Of a DNA stretch of 32,000 bases, positions 11,583 to 19,676 are shown in pieces. Positions within the stretch are counted from its first letter, which is position 1; the number at the start of each line of letters is the position of its first letter. Both the position numbers and the translations under genes were made by a program. Under the pieces are notes generated by a model, which saw nothing but the letters and a program-made list of their open reading frames with translations, made no database searches and had not been told where the DNA came from. The DNA is from Propionibacterium ruminifibrarum (lineage in GTDB: Bacteria > Actinomycetota > Actinomycetes > Propionibacteriales > Propionibacteriaceae): the NCBI RefSeq assembly GCF_900289195.1, contig NZ_OMOH01000001.1, forward strand, positions 328,706-360,705. The letters run 5' to 3'.

Positions 11583-11598
11583 GTCCGCCGAGGCGGAC
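11583..11598 (-). terminator. Short hairpin immediately 3' of tmRNA (GTCCGCC-TC-GGCGGAC)
   Basis: A 7-bp GC stem starting 2 nt after the tmRNA CCA end. No clear U-tract. Confidence 0.35.
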
Positions 11599-11599
11599 G

Positions 11600-11968
11600 T
11601 GGTGGAGGTGGCGGGAATCGAACCCGCGTCCTGACGAGGCGGACCAGGTCTTCTCCGGGCGCAGCCGACTGTGACGGTCTACTCGGCCCCCGCACTCATG
11701 TCGGCGAGTTGCGGCCAGGCCCAGTCCGGGAGGAGTCCCCAGCAGTCCCCCGGACACGGACTACTGAGCAAGCCTTCTGAATGAGGCCAGGAACCGGGTG
11801 GAAGGCTACACCCGGGCTGACCCTTCGATCACTGATCAGGCAGCGAGAGCGAAGTCAGTGCGATTGGTATCGGCACTTATTGGTTCCCAGAGGACATTAA
11901 CGAGTTGACTCTGGATTCTCGGCCCGCTTCCCCTGGAGCTACCACTCCAGTCGAAACCGATCACCCCC
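11600..11968 (-). ncRNA. ssrA: tmRNA (SsrA), 369 nt; tag ORF 11874-11836 encodes ADTNRTDFALAA*
   Basis: The 5' GGGGGUGAUCGGUUUCGACUGG pairs with the 3' ...CACCUCCACCA (G3:U). T-arm GGACGCGGGUUCGAUUCCCGCC. The tag ends in the canonical ALAA followed by TGA. Confidence 0.95.
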
Positions 11969-12055
11969 TGTTGAGTTGTCACCCGACCACCGCACGGCGA
12001 ACCGGCGAGGAGGGTTTGAATCCATGATACCTTCTGCATCCCCGAACCGAATCGT

Positions 12056-12490
12056 TCACTCGCAGGCAACGCCGTCGTTGTCCCGGTCGAGCGCCGACCG
12101 GTAACCGGGGTCACCCCGGTACAGCGGTGCCGCCCCTGCTGCTCGTGCCGCACTGCAGTTCTGGTAATAGGCGTAGCCGGCGTCGTTCGCCGGAGCCGCA
12201 TCCTCGCCGTAGCCCTCGTCCGCTCCCGTACCGGAGCCTGCGTACTCGACCGGCACGGTGACGGTGGCGGTCACCTCCTCGGTCACCGTGACGGTCGGCG
12301 CCGGGGTTGGGGTCTGGCTGGGCGTCACCGTCGTCGTGCTCGTCGCCGTGGTCACGGTCACCGCGGACACGGTGACGGTCGGATCGGTCGCCGTCGAGAC
12401 ACTGGCCTGTCCTCCCACCGAGCCCAGGATCATGCCACACACGCCGACACCGGCGGCCCAGGCGAGTGGATGACGATGAAGAGAACTCAT
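12056..12490 (-). CDS. Secreted or anchored protein with a C-terminal Excalibur calcium-binding domain
   Basis: N-terminal hydrophobic signal or anchor, a Thr/Val/Pro low-complexity linker, and the C-terminal 'YYQNCSAARAAGAAPLYRGDPGYRSALDRDNDGVACE' (Excalibur DxDxDGxxCE). Confidence 0.85.
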   Translation of the reverse strand: MSSLHRHPLAWAAGVGVCGMILGSVGGQASVSTATDPTVTVSAVTVTTATSTTTVTPSQTPTPAPTVTVTEEVTATVTVPVEYAGSGTGADEGYGEDAAPANDAGYAYYQNCSAARAAGAAPLYRGDPGYRSALDRDNDGVACE

Positions 12491-12719
12491 GCAAACCCGC
12501 TTTCAGTATCCGTCAGCTCATGGCGAGCCGACTCGGTCGGCCGTCGCGGCAGGCATGACTTCGAACAGGAACCCACCATGCGCGCATGAACGACCTGCCA
12601 CGACACTGCGGTGAACCCAGAGCACCCGTGGTCCCGACTGTCGGCCACCGGCAGCACCACAACAGGGATTATAAGGGAAAGATGAGGGATACCCCTGATG
12701 CCTCAAGGATCATGGGTCG

Positions 12720-13640
12720 TCATGTGGTCATGTCGGATCGGGCGGGTGCCGTAGCAGGGCCCTCAAGTGTGACGGACGCGGCTGCCGCCTCGTTGGCGGC
12801 GGCCAAGGCCTCCTCCGGGCCGGAGCCCTCGGCCAGCCGGGCCGCGAGCACCCCGGTGTGGGTGTCACCGGCGCCGGTCACGTCGACGGGATCGACGGCA
12901 TCGACCGGTACGGTGACGAGGCCGTCGAGTCCACCACCGGTCGCAGTGCAGCCCCGCTCCCCAGCTCGGACGACGAGCATGGTCGCGTCATGGAGGCCCA
13001 GGCGCCGGCGCACGGCCTGGTGCAGGTCATCGCTCGACGGTTCGTCCCCGGCGATGAGCAGCGCCTCACGGGTGCTGATCGTCAGTACGTCGAGCACGCC
13101 GGTGAGGGTCCTCATGGTCGCCGCCGGAATGTCCAGCACGAGGGGGCCCGGGTCGAGCACGACGTGCAGGTCGGCGCCGTGCTCGGCCAGCCAGCCGATG
13201 ATCGTCGGGCCGCTGACCCGGTACAGCAGGTCATAACCGGAGACACACAGCACGTCCCGCGGCCCGAAGTCGACGCCGGCCAGGTCCCGCGGCACCAGCC
13301 TGCCCTCGGCACCGGGCACCGTCACATAGGTGGGGTCGGCCCCGGGAACCTGGAAGGCCACGCAGTAGCCCGAGTCGCCGGCCGGGTCGATCGGGCCACT
13401 GACGTCGATGTGTTCTGCGGCGAGGGCCTCGGCGATGAGCTGCCCGTAGGGCCCGCTGCCGATCCGGCCGGCATAGCTCGTGGGCACGCCCTGCCGGGCG
13501 GCGGCGGCCACCAGGTTGAACCCGCCGCCGACGCGGGCCCGTGAATCGGCGGCGATGACATCCCCGCCGACGGGCGGTAGTGCTGGCACGTCGATGCCGA
13601 GGTCGACGATGATCGATTCCAGTGAGATGACCCGTCCCAT
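12720..13640 (-). CDS. PfkB/ribokinase-family carbohydrate or nucleoside kinase
   Basis: 306 aa from ATG 13640. Contains the PfkB signature 'DVTGAGDTHTGVLAARL'. The rest of the 751-aa ORF (to 14975) is an out-of-frame shadow over the permease gene. Confidence 0.88.
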   Translation of the reverse strand: MGRVISLESIIVDLGIDVPALPPVGGDVIAADSRARVGGGFNLVAAAARQGVPTSYAGRIGSGPYGQLIAEALAAEHIDVSGPIDPAGDSGYCVAFQVPGADPTYVTVPGAEGRLVPRDLAGVDFGPRDVLCVSGYDLLYRVSGPTIIGWLAEHGADLHVVLDPGPLVLDIPAATMRTLTGVLDVLTISTREALLIAGDEPSSDDLHQAVRRRLGLHDATMLVVRAGERGCTATGGGLDGLVTVPVDAVDPVDVTGAGDTHTGVLAARLAEGSGPEEALAAANEAAAASVTLEGPATAPARSDMTT

Positions 13641-13645
13641 CGCGC

Positions 13646-15079
13646 TCACAGCCGTTCGGTCTCCACGGGGCGTCTGATGGTGTTGCGGGTGATCGCGTAC
13701 AGCACCGCACCGGACAGGCCGGCGACGAGCCAGCCCATCGAGTTCCGGCCCAGCCAGGTCTGGGCGAACGGTCCGGCGAACCAGGCGTCCTCTGCCCCGG
13801 CGGTGGTGAAGCACAGTCCCAGGACGATGCCCGCTGCCCAGGAGCAGAAGGCCGCCCAGTTCACCCCACCCGTGTACCAGTAGGCGCTGCCCCTTCCGGT
13901 GTCGGTCAGGCCGGCGGTGTCGTAGACCTTGCGGGTGGCCAGGTCGACGGCGCAGACGCCGGCCCACGCGGTCAGGCCGACGGCCAGCAGGGTCAGGAAA
14001 GTGGTGAACGGACCGTAGAAGTCCTCGGCGAGGACGGTGATGTACAGGCCGCCGGCCAGCACGAGCACGCCGTCGATGCACACGGCGCTCATGCGGGTGA
14101 CCCTGATCCCGCCGGTCAGCAGGTTCAGTCCCGAGGAGTACAGGGACAGGTCGGCTGCGGCGATGAGACCGCAGGCCGCGGCCAGCAGATAGGGCACGAG
14201 CATCCACGGGGGCAGGCTGGCACCGATCGCCGCGACCGGGTCGGAGGCGGAGGCGAGGCCCGGATCCGACCCGGCCATGAGCGAACCCGTCGTGATGAGC
14301 AGGACGAGCGGGATGCCGGCGCCGGCGACGACCGCGGCGATCAGGCCACGCGATGAGGCGCCCCGGGGCAGGTAACGGGTGTAGTCGGCGCCCGCTGCGA
14401 CCCAGCTGAGCCCGGTACCCGCCGCGATGTAGCCCAGGGCGCCGAGAACGGCCGAGGCGTCCCCCGATGGCAGGGAACCGACGGCCCGCCAGTCGACGGT
14501 GACGGCCAGGAAGCCGATGACGATCATCGTGAGGGCACCGAAGACCCAGGTGAGCCACTTCTGGATCCACATGATCGTGGCGTGGCCGAACAGGCCGATG
14601 ACGGCGGCGATCACGACCACGAGCAGGATGCACGCGACGATGACGGGCGTCGTGGCCGGTACGCCCACGGCCTCGAGGACGGCGAGCAGGGCGAACCCGG
14701 CCGTCGTGCACATGACCGTCTCCCAGCCGACGAAACTGATCCAGCTGACCAACGTCGGGCCCCAGTTGCCGCGCACGCCGAAGACCGCGCGGGAGGCGGT
14801 CAGGCCGGGTGCGCCGCTGCGCCGGCCGGTGGTCGACAGCCAGCCGACGAGCGCGAAGGAGCCGCACGATCCGATGACGGTCACGGCCACCGCCTGGGGA
14901 AGGTCGAGCCCGTAGACGGTCACGAGCGCGGCCCCCAGGGTGATGCCGAGCACGCCCATGTTGGCCGCGAACCACATCCAGAACAGGCTCGCCGGTCCGC
15001 CGCGGCGTTCGCCGTCGGGCACCGGCTCGATGCCCCTGGTCTCAATGCGGCCCACGCCGCTGGGCGTCCGTTCACTCAT
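13646..15079 (-). CDS. NCS1-family (purine-cytosine/nucleobase-cation symporter-1) permease
   Basis: 'GIEPVPDGERRGGPASLFWMWFAANMGVLGITLGA' and about 12 hydrophobic segments. Start ATG 15079, 13 nt after the upstream DUF2207 stop. Confidence 0.9.
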   Translation of the reverse strand: MSERTPSGVGRIETRGIEPVPDGERRGGPASLFWMWFAANMGVLGITLGAALVTVYGLDLPQAVAVTVIGSCGSFALVGWLSTTGRRSGAPGLTASRAVFGVRGNWGPTLVSWISFVGWETVMCTTAGFALLAVLEAVGVPATTPVIVACILLVVVIAAVIGLFGHATIMWIQKWLTWVFGALTMIVIGFLAVTVDWRAVGSLPSGDASAVLGALGYIAAGTGLSWVAAGADYTRYLPRGASSRGLIAAVVAGAGIPLVLLITTGSLMAGSDPGLASASDPVAAIGASLPPWMLVPYLLAAACGLIAAADLSLYSSGLNLLTGGIRVTRMSAVCIDGVLVLAGGLYITVLAEDFYGPFTTFLTLLAVGLTAWAGVCAVDLATRKVYDTAGLTDTGRGSAYWYTGGVNWAAFCSWAAGIVLGLCFTTAGAEDAWFAGPFAQTWLGRNSMGWLVAGLSGAVLYAITRNTIRRPVETERL

Positions 15080-15092
15080 GCGCACGGCTCTC

Positions 15093-17057
15093 TCACCAGC
15101 TGCTGGCACCGCCGCCACCGCCACCCCCGCCGGAGAAGCCGCCGCCACCGCTGAAGGCCGAGCCGCCGCTGGAGCCGAAGCCGCCGCCGCTGCCACCGCC
15201 GCTGGACGACGGCACGGGGCTGGCGCCGGTATTCATGGAGTGAACCATGGAGCCGACGAAGTAGCCGTAGTGGAAGGAGTACGGGTCACCGTAATACCAG
15301 GCCGGTGGTGTCGAGGGGATGCGTCCGAGCGCGACGAGCTGCTCGCAGATCTGGGACCAGCGGTCGGTCAGGTCGAAGGCGATCGCCCAGGGCAGGTACT
15401 GGCTGAAGATGTCCTGGCCCTCCTCGAACCGGATCTGGTCCGCCTCGGCGGTGGACAGGTACTCGTAGAAGCCGTCGACCTGGTCGGTGAAGGCCCGACC
15501 GAGGGCCGTGCGCTGTCCGCGCCGCCGGATCAGCCAGGCACCGACGACGAAGATGGTGATGGCGAAGACCAGCCCGGCGACGATGCCGACCCGGTACCCG
15601 CTCGTCTTGAAGATGCTCAGCAGCCCCGACAGCACGATCCCGGACGCACCCATGCCCCAGACGAGGAAGAGGAGAGCGTACAGGAATCCACGGATGGGAA
15701 CGTTGGATCCGCCCCCGCCACCGACCTTTCCGGTGTGTTTCATGAGGCCGAGGCTCGTCGCCGAGTCGTTCACCTGGTGGCTCAGCTCCTCGCTGGCCTT
15801 GAGCAGCTTGCCCGGCTTGTGCAGGGCCACCTCGCGGCTCGAGTACTTCAGGGCATTCTTGCCGGAGGGATCGCGCTTGCCGAAGACATCGCGCAGGAAG
15901 CGCTGTTCGTACGGCTGGGTGGCGCGGGAGGCGTCCACCAGCCGCGCGTAGGTCTTGTCGCCGTCGTCCTCGGCGCGAAGCTGGATGGCGCCGCGGACGG
16001 CCAGGTCGACGAGGACGGCGGAGGTCTCGCGCACGCCGATCCGGCCGTCGATGAGCAGGCCGCCCACGGGGACCGGCAGGTCCGGCGGGGTCACCCGCAC
16101 CGGGATGGTGTCCCTGTCGACCTTCGTGTCGGCACGCACCCGCACGGTCTCGGGGCTGGTCGGCACCGTGCCGGGCGGGATGCCGTCGAACCGCTCGTCG
16201 CGGCGGTGCCGCCGGTAGGCCAGCAGTCCGCCGGCGGCCGCGGCGGTCCCGGCACCGCCGACCCCGAGGCCGCTCCGCAGCGCCTTCGTGGCGTTCGACA
16301 CGGCGGCGTCCTCCAGGTGGGGCCGGTTGTCGCTGATCAGGCCCGCGGTGATCTGGACGGCGATCGTCATCATCTCGCCCTGGGCCTTGTTCCGTTCGGT
16401 GAAGACGGCCTTGCCGCCGGTGATGGTTGCGCTCGTGCACGCGTCGGTCGAACCGGCCCGGCCCGCGTAGCAGCGGGTGTCCTGGGCGCCGCCGGGCACG
16501 TCGACGGTGACGGTGAGCAGATCGACCTGCGGGGTCTCGGTGCCGACGACGTCCCAGTAGAGCTCGTCGTAGTCACCGGAGCCGCGCAGCGCGCCCGAGA
16601 CCGTGTAGTCGATCGTGTAGGTCGCCGTGGCCGAGGTGATGCGCTTGTTGGCGTCGCCGATCCTGATGGTCTCGAGGCAGTCCCTCGGATCGTCCTGGTC
16701 GCACTTGATGCTCGTGGTGAACGCGGCCGACGCGTCGGGGCTGGACACCGAGATGTCGGAGATCTCGTAGACGGCGTCCCGCTTGTCGTCCTCGTTCCCG
16801 AAGGGCTCGCGGGTGGGCAGCGTGCGGGTGATGCCGTGCCGACCCGAGTTCGAGCCGAACCGCCACACGAGCGTCTCGGACACGTGCAGCAGCCCGTCCG
16901 TGTCCACGGTGTAGGTGACGTCCCACGAGTCGACGCTGTCGGCGCTCTGGGCCTGGGCGACGCCGGGCGTGACCAGCCCGGCGACCACGAGCCCCAGGGC
17001 GGCGAGCAGCAGGCCGAGGCGCCGCCCGGCCGTGCCGGCTGTCGGGGAATGACTCAT
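15093..17057 (-). CDS. DUF2207-domain membrane protein (paralogue A) with a Gly-rich C-terminal tail
   Basis: Signal peptide 'LLLAALGLVVAGLVTPGVAQA'. N-terminal '[34 protein letters not shown]', internal TM segments, '[13 protein letters not shown]', and a tail ending GGGGGGGGASSW. SD AGGAG 7 nt before the ATG. Confidence 0.88.
   Translation of the reverse strand: MSHSPTAGTAGRRLGLLLAALGLVVAGLVTPGVAQAQSADSVDSWDVTYTVDTDGLLHVSETLVWRFGSNSGRHGITRTLPTREPFGNEDDKRDAVYEISDISVSSPDASAAFTTSIKCDQDDPRDCLETIRIGDANKRITSATATYTIDYTVSGALRGSGDYDELYWDVVGTETPQVDLLTVTVDVPGGAQDTRCYAGRAGSTDACTSATITGGKAVFTERNKAQGEMMTIAVQITAGLISDNRPHLEDAAVSNATKALRSGLGVGGAGTAAAAGGLLAYRRHRRDERFDGIPPGTVPTSPETVRVRADTKVDRDTIPVRVTPPDLPVPVGGLLIDGRIGVRETSAVLVDLAVRGAIQLRAEDDGDKTYARLVDASRATQPYEQRFLRDVFGKRDPSGKNALKYSSREVALHKPGKLLKASEELSHQVNDSATSLGLMKHTGKVGGGGGSNVPIRGFLYALLFLVWGMGASGIVLSGLLSIFKTSGYRVGIVAGLVFAITIFVVGAWLIRRRGQRTALGRAFTDQVDGFYEYLSTAEADQIRFEEGQDIFSQYLPWAIAFDLTDRWSQICEQLVALGRIPSTPPAWYYGDPYSFHYGYFVGSMVHSMNTGASPVPSSSGGGSGGGFGSSGGSAFSGGGGFSGGGGGGGGASSW
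15358..15453. repeat. Near-identical tract shared by the DUF2207 paralogues (copy 1)
   Basis: Matches 17342-17437 at 93/96 nt by hand alignment, including a 71-nt perfect run (15367-15437 = 17351-17421). Confidence 0.85.
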
Positions 17058-17091
17058 CTCATCGCTCCTGTTCTCTTCGTCCGGGGTTCAC

Positions 17092-19038
17092 TCACCAACT
17101 GTGCGCTCCCCCACCACCGCCGCCGCGGCCGGCCCGGCCGCCGCCACCGAACGAGGAACCGCGGCCGGTGCCGCCGACCCCGCCGCCACCGGTGGAGCTC
17201 CTCGCGTAGCTGACCTGGCTGACGTGCGTCATCGAGCGGGCGAACGTGACAGGGTTGAAGCCGGCCGGGTCGCCGTAGTACCAGGGCGGAACGGTCGGCG
17301 CGACGCGTCCGGCAGCCATGAGCTGCTCACAGATCCGAACCCAGCGGTCCGTCAGGTCGAAGGCGATCGCCCAGGGCAGGTACTGGCTGAAGATGTCCTG
17401 GCCCTCCTCGAACCGGATCTGATCGGCCTCGGCGGTGCCGAGGTACTCGCGGAAGCCCTCCGCCTGGTCGGTGAGTGCGCTGCCCAGCGCCGTGCGCTGA
17501 CCCCGCCGGCTCACCACCTTGCGGCCGATGAGGTACACGGCGGCCAGTGGCACGATGATGCTGCCGGCCAGGAACAGGTAGCGCAGCGTGGGCAGGACCA
17601 GAAGCGTTTCGAAGCCCTGGACCAGCATCACGCCGAGGAACCACTGCAGGGTCATGACGACCAGCACCACGGCGAAGGCGACAGCGCTGTCGGAGCGACC
17701 CGTCTCGCCGACGACCCCGGCGTGCTTGAGCAGCCCGAGGGCAGTGGTCCTGTCGGCGACGAGCCGGGAGAGGTTCTTGTTGGCCGTCTCGAGCCGACCG
17801 TCCTCGTCGAGACGTCTCTCGAGGACCCAACGGGGATCGCTCACCAGCGCCGCCTCGCCGAAGATGTCGGCGACGAGCCGACGCTCGTAGTCCTCGCGCA
17901 TCAGCCCGGGGTTGACCAGTCTGGCGCGGATCTCACCGCCGTCATTGCGCAGCTGGAGGACCCCGCGCACGGCCAGGTCGACGATCGTCGCCGTCGTCTC
18001 GCGCGCGCCGACCCGGCCGTCGATGAGCAGACCGGCCATGGCCACCGGCATCTGCGGCGGGGCGAACTGGACCGGTATCACGGTGCTCCTCGCCTGCCGG
18101 GCCACCTTCTCGGTGGGCGCCCGCTCGGGATCGGCGGGTATCGTGCCGGGCGCGACACCGGCGAACCGCTCGTCCCGGCGGCCGCGGGCGAAACGGAACA
18201 CGCCGTATGCGCCCAGTGCCGAGGAGGCCACTGCCGCCAGGGCCATCTGCCACCCGGTTCTCGCCGCCGTGCTCATCGCCGCCTTCTCGAGGTGGGGCTC
18301 GTTGTCGCCAACGAGTCCCGGGGCGATCATCACGCCGATCGTGAGGTTCTCGCCGGGCGCCTTGCCGCGGTGGGTGAAGCGTGCGGTGCCGCTGCTGATC
18401 GTCGCCGCGTCGCAGGCGTCCGTGGAATCCGTCGGGCCGGCGAAGCAGACGGCCTGCTGCGCACCGCCGGGCACGTCCACGTCCACCTGCAGGTCGTCCA
18501 CCAGTGGCGTGTCCGGGCCGAGCGCGTCCCAGTAGAGCTCGTCGTAGTCGCCCGAGGTGCGCAACGCGCCCGAGACGGTGTAGCTGATCGTGTAGGTGGC
18601 GGTCGCCCCGGTGACCCGCCTGGCGGGGTCACCGATGGTGACGACCAGGTGCCGGGTCCGCTCGCCCTCCCTCTCACCGGAGGTGTCCGTCGTGAACTGG
18701 GCGGAGGCGTCCGGGCTCGACACGGCGATGTCACTGATCTCGTAGACGGCGTCCTGCTTGCCGCCGTCGCCCCAGGGCCTGCGGACGACCAGCTCGCGGA
18801 CGATGCCGTGACGCCCAGAGCTCGAGCCGAACCGCCAGACGAGTGTCTCGGACACGTGCAGCAGCCCATCGGAGTCGACCGTGTAGCTCATCTGCCAGGA
18901 GTCGACCCGGTCATCGGAGTCGGCCATGGCCGTTTGCGGGATGGACCACGTGAGGGCGAGGACGAGCAGCCCCAGGACGAGCAGGGCCGGCGCCCTGCGG
19001 GTTCTGGGCGCGGCGCCTGCGACCGGCGCGATGCTCAC
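17092..19038 (-). CDS. DUF2207-domain membrane protein (paralogue B) with a Gly-rich C-terminal tail
   Basis: Same architecture as paralogue A. Start set to GTG 19038 (SD GGAGG 5 nt upstream), which overlaps the smpB stop (GTGA). The remaining upstream part of the 748-aa ORF overlaps smpB and is discarded. Confidence 0.85.
   Translation of the reverse strand: MSIAPVAGAAPRTRRAPALLVLGLLVLALTWSIPQTAMADSDDRVDSWQMSYTVDSDGLLHVSETLVWRFGSSSGRHGIVRELVVRRPWGDGGKQDAVYEISDIAVSSPDASAQFTTDTSGEREGERTRHLVVTIGDPARRVTGATATYTISYTVSGALRTSGDYDELYWDALGPDTPLVDDLQVDVDVPGGAQQAVCFAGPTDSTDACDAATISSGTARFTHRGKAPGENLTIGVMIAPGLVGDNEPHLEKAAMSTAARTGWQMALAAVASSALGAYGVFRFARGRRDERFAGVAPGTIPADPERAPTEKVARQARSTVIPVQFAPPQMPVAMAGLLIDGRVGARETTATIVDLAVRGVLQLRNDGGEIRARLVNPGLMREDYERRLVADIFGEAALVSDPRWVLERRLDEDGRLETANKNLSRLVADRTTALGLLKHAGVVGETGRSDSAVAFAVVLVVMTLQWFLGVMLVQGFETLLVLPTLRYLFLAGSIIVPLAAVYLIGRKVVSRRGQRTALGSALTDQAEGFREYLGTAEADQIRFEEGQDIFSQYLPWAIAFDLTDRWVRICEQLMAAGRVAPTVPPWYYGDPAGFNPVTFARSMTHVSQVSYARSSTGGGGVGGTGRGSSFGGGGRAGRGGGGGGAHSW
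17342..17437. repeat. Near-identical tract shared by the DUF2207 paralogues (copy 2)
   Basis: See 15358-15453. It encodes the '...[29 protein letters not shown]' segment in both genes. Confidence 0.85.
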
Positions 19039-19514
19039 CGTTTCCTCCGGGAGCGCTCGGCGAGCTCGCGCTGCGCCTCGCGGTTCATGTCGCGTTCCCG
19101 GATGGCCTGGCGCTTGTCCCACTCGCGCTTGCCCGTGCCGACGGCCAGCTCGACCTTGGCCCGTCCGTCCTTGAAGTAGAGGGACAGCGGGACGAGGGTG
19201 CGTCCCGCCGCGGCCAGCTGGCGTTCCAGACGTGCGATCTCCTTGCGGTGCAGCAGGAGCTTGCGTTTGCGCAGGGCCGTGTGGCTGCGTCGCCAGCTGC
19301 CCATGGAGTACTCGGGGATGTTCGCCTGGTGCAGCCACACCTCTCCGTCGTCGATGGTGGCGAAGGCGTCGGCGAGCGAGGCGTGCCCCTCGCGCAACGA
19401 CTTCACCTCGGTGCCCGTGAGTACCAGACCGGCCTCGAGACGCTCGCCGATCGCGTAGTCGTGCAGCGCCCTCCGGTTGCGGGCGACGACCCTCTCGCCT
19501 TTCTCACGCGGCAT
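19035..19514 (-). CDS. smpB: SsrA-binding protein SmpB
   Basis: '[12 protein letters not shown]...[12 protein letters not shown]...LLLHRKEI...VPLSLYF' and a basic C-terminal tail. SD GAGGAGGGAG upstream. Confidence 0.96.
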   Translation of the reverse strand: MPREKGERVVARNRRALHDYAIGERLEAGLVLTGTEVKSLREGHASLADAFATIDDGEVWLHQANIPEYSMGSWRRSHTALRKRKLLLHRKEIARLERQLAAAGRTLVPLSLYFKDGRAKVELAVGTGKREWDKRQAIRERDMNREAQRELAERSRRKR

Positions 19515-19676
19515 CCTCGCTCCCTCCTCGACATCCCGCCTTGTCGAACGGGTAAGACTAGCACTGCCAGGGCGACTGCGACCACCCTACAGGGGCAGGG
19601 CATGGAGCTGGGCGCCGCGGAGGAAGGGGCTGGGCCTCCCCCGCGACCCTCCGGCCGAGCCAGTGCGCCCGGCCGG

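Noticed and set aside
11321-11674. 117-aa ORF running from the yefM-like start through the 3' part of ssrA (antisense).
   Set aside because: Only the first ~44 codons resemble YefM. The remainder is Arg/Pro/Trp-rich read-through over the tmRNA gene, so it is treated as a truncated pseudogene.
12250-12400. Self-complementary GTCACCGTGACGGTC-type repeats.
   Set aside because: They are a by-product of the Thr-Val (ACC/ACG-GTC/GTG) low-complexity linker of the Excalibur protein. This is coding, not a regulatory palindrome array.
12518-12706. 62-aa minus-strand ORF in the kinase/Excalibur spacer.
   Set aside because: Third-position GC is only about 55% by hand count, in a genome where real genes are far higher. 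It has no SD and no recognisable motif.
15100-15215. GGC/GCC-rich simple-sequence tracts (also at 17103-17200) that could be mistaken for tandem repeats or repeat arrays.
   Set aside because: They encode the Gly-rich C-terminal tails of the two DUF2207 proteins and show no spacer/repeat periodicity. No CRISPR-like structure occurs anywhere in the window.
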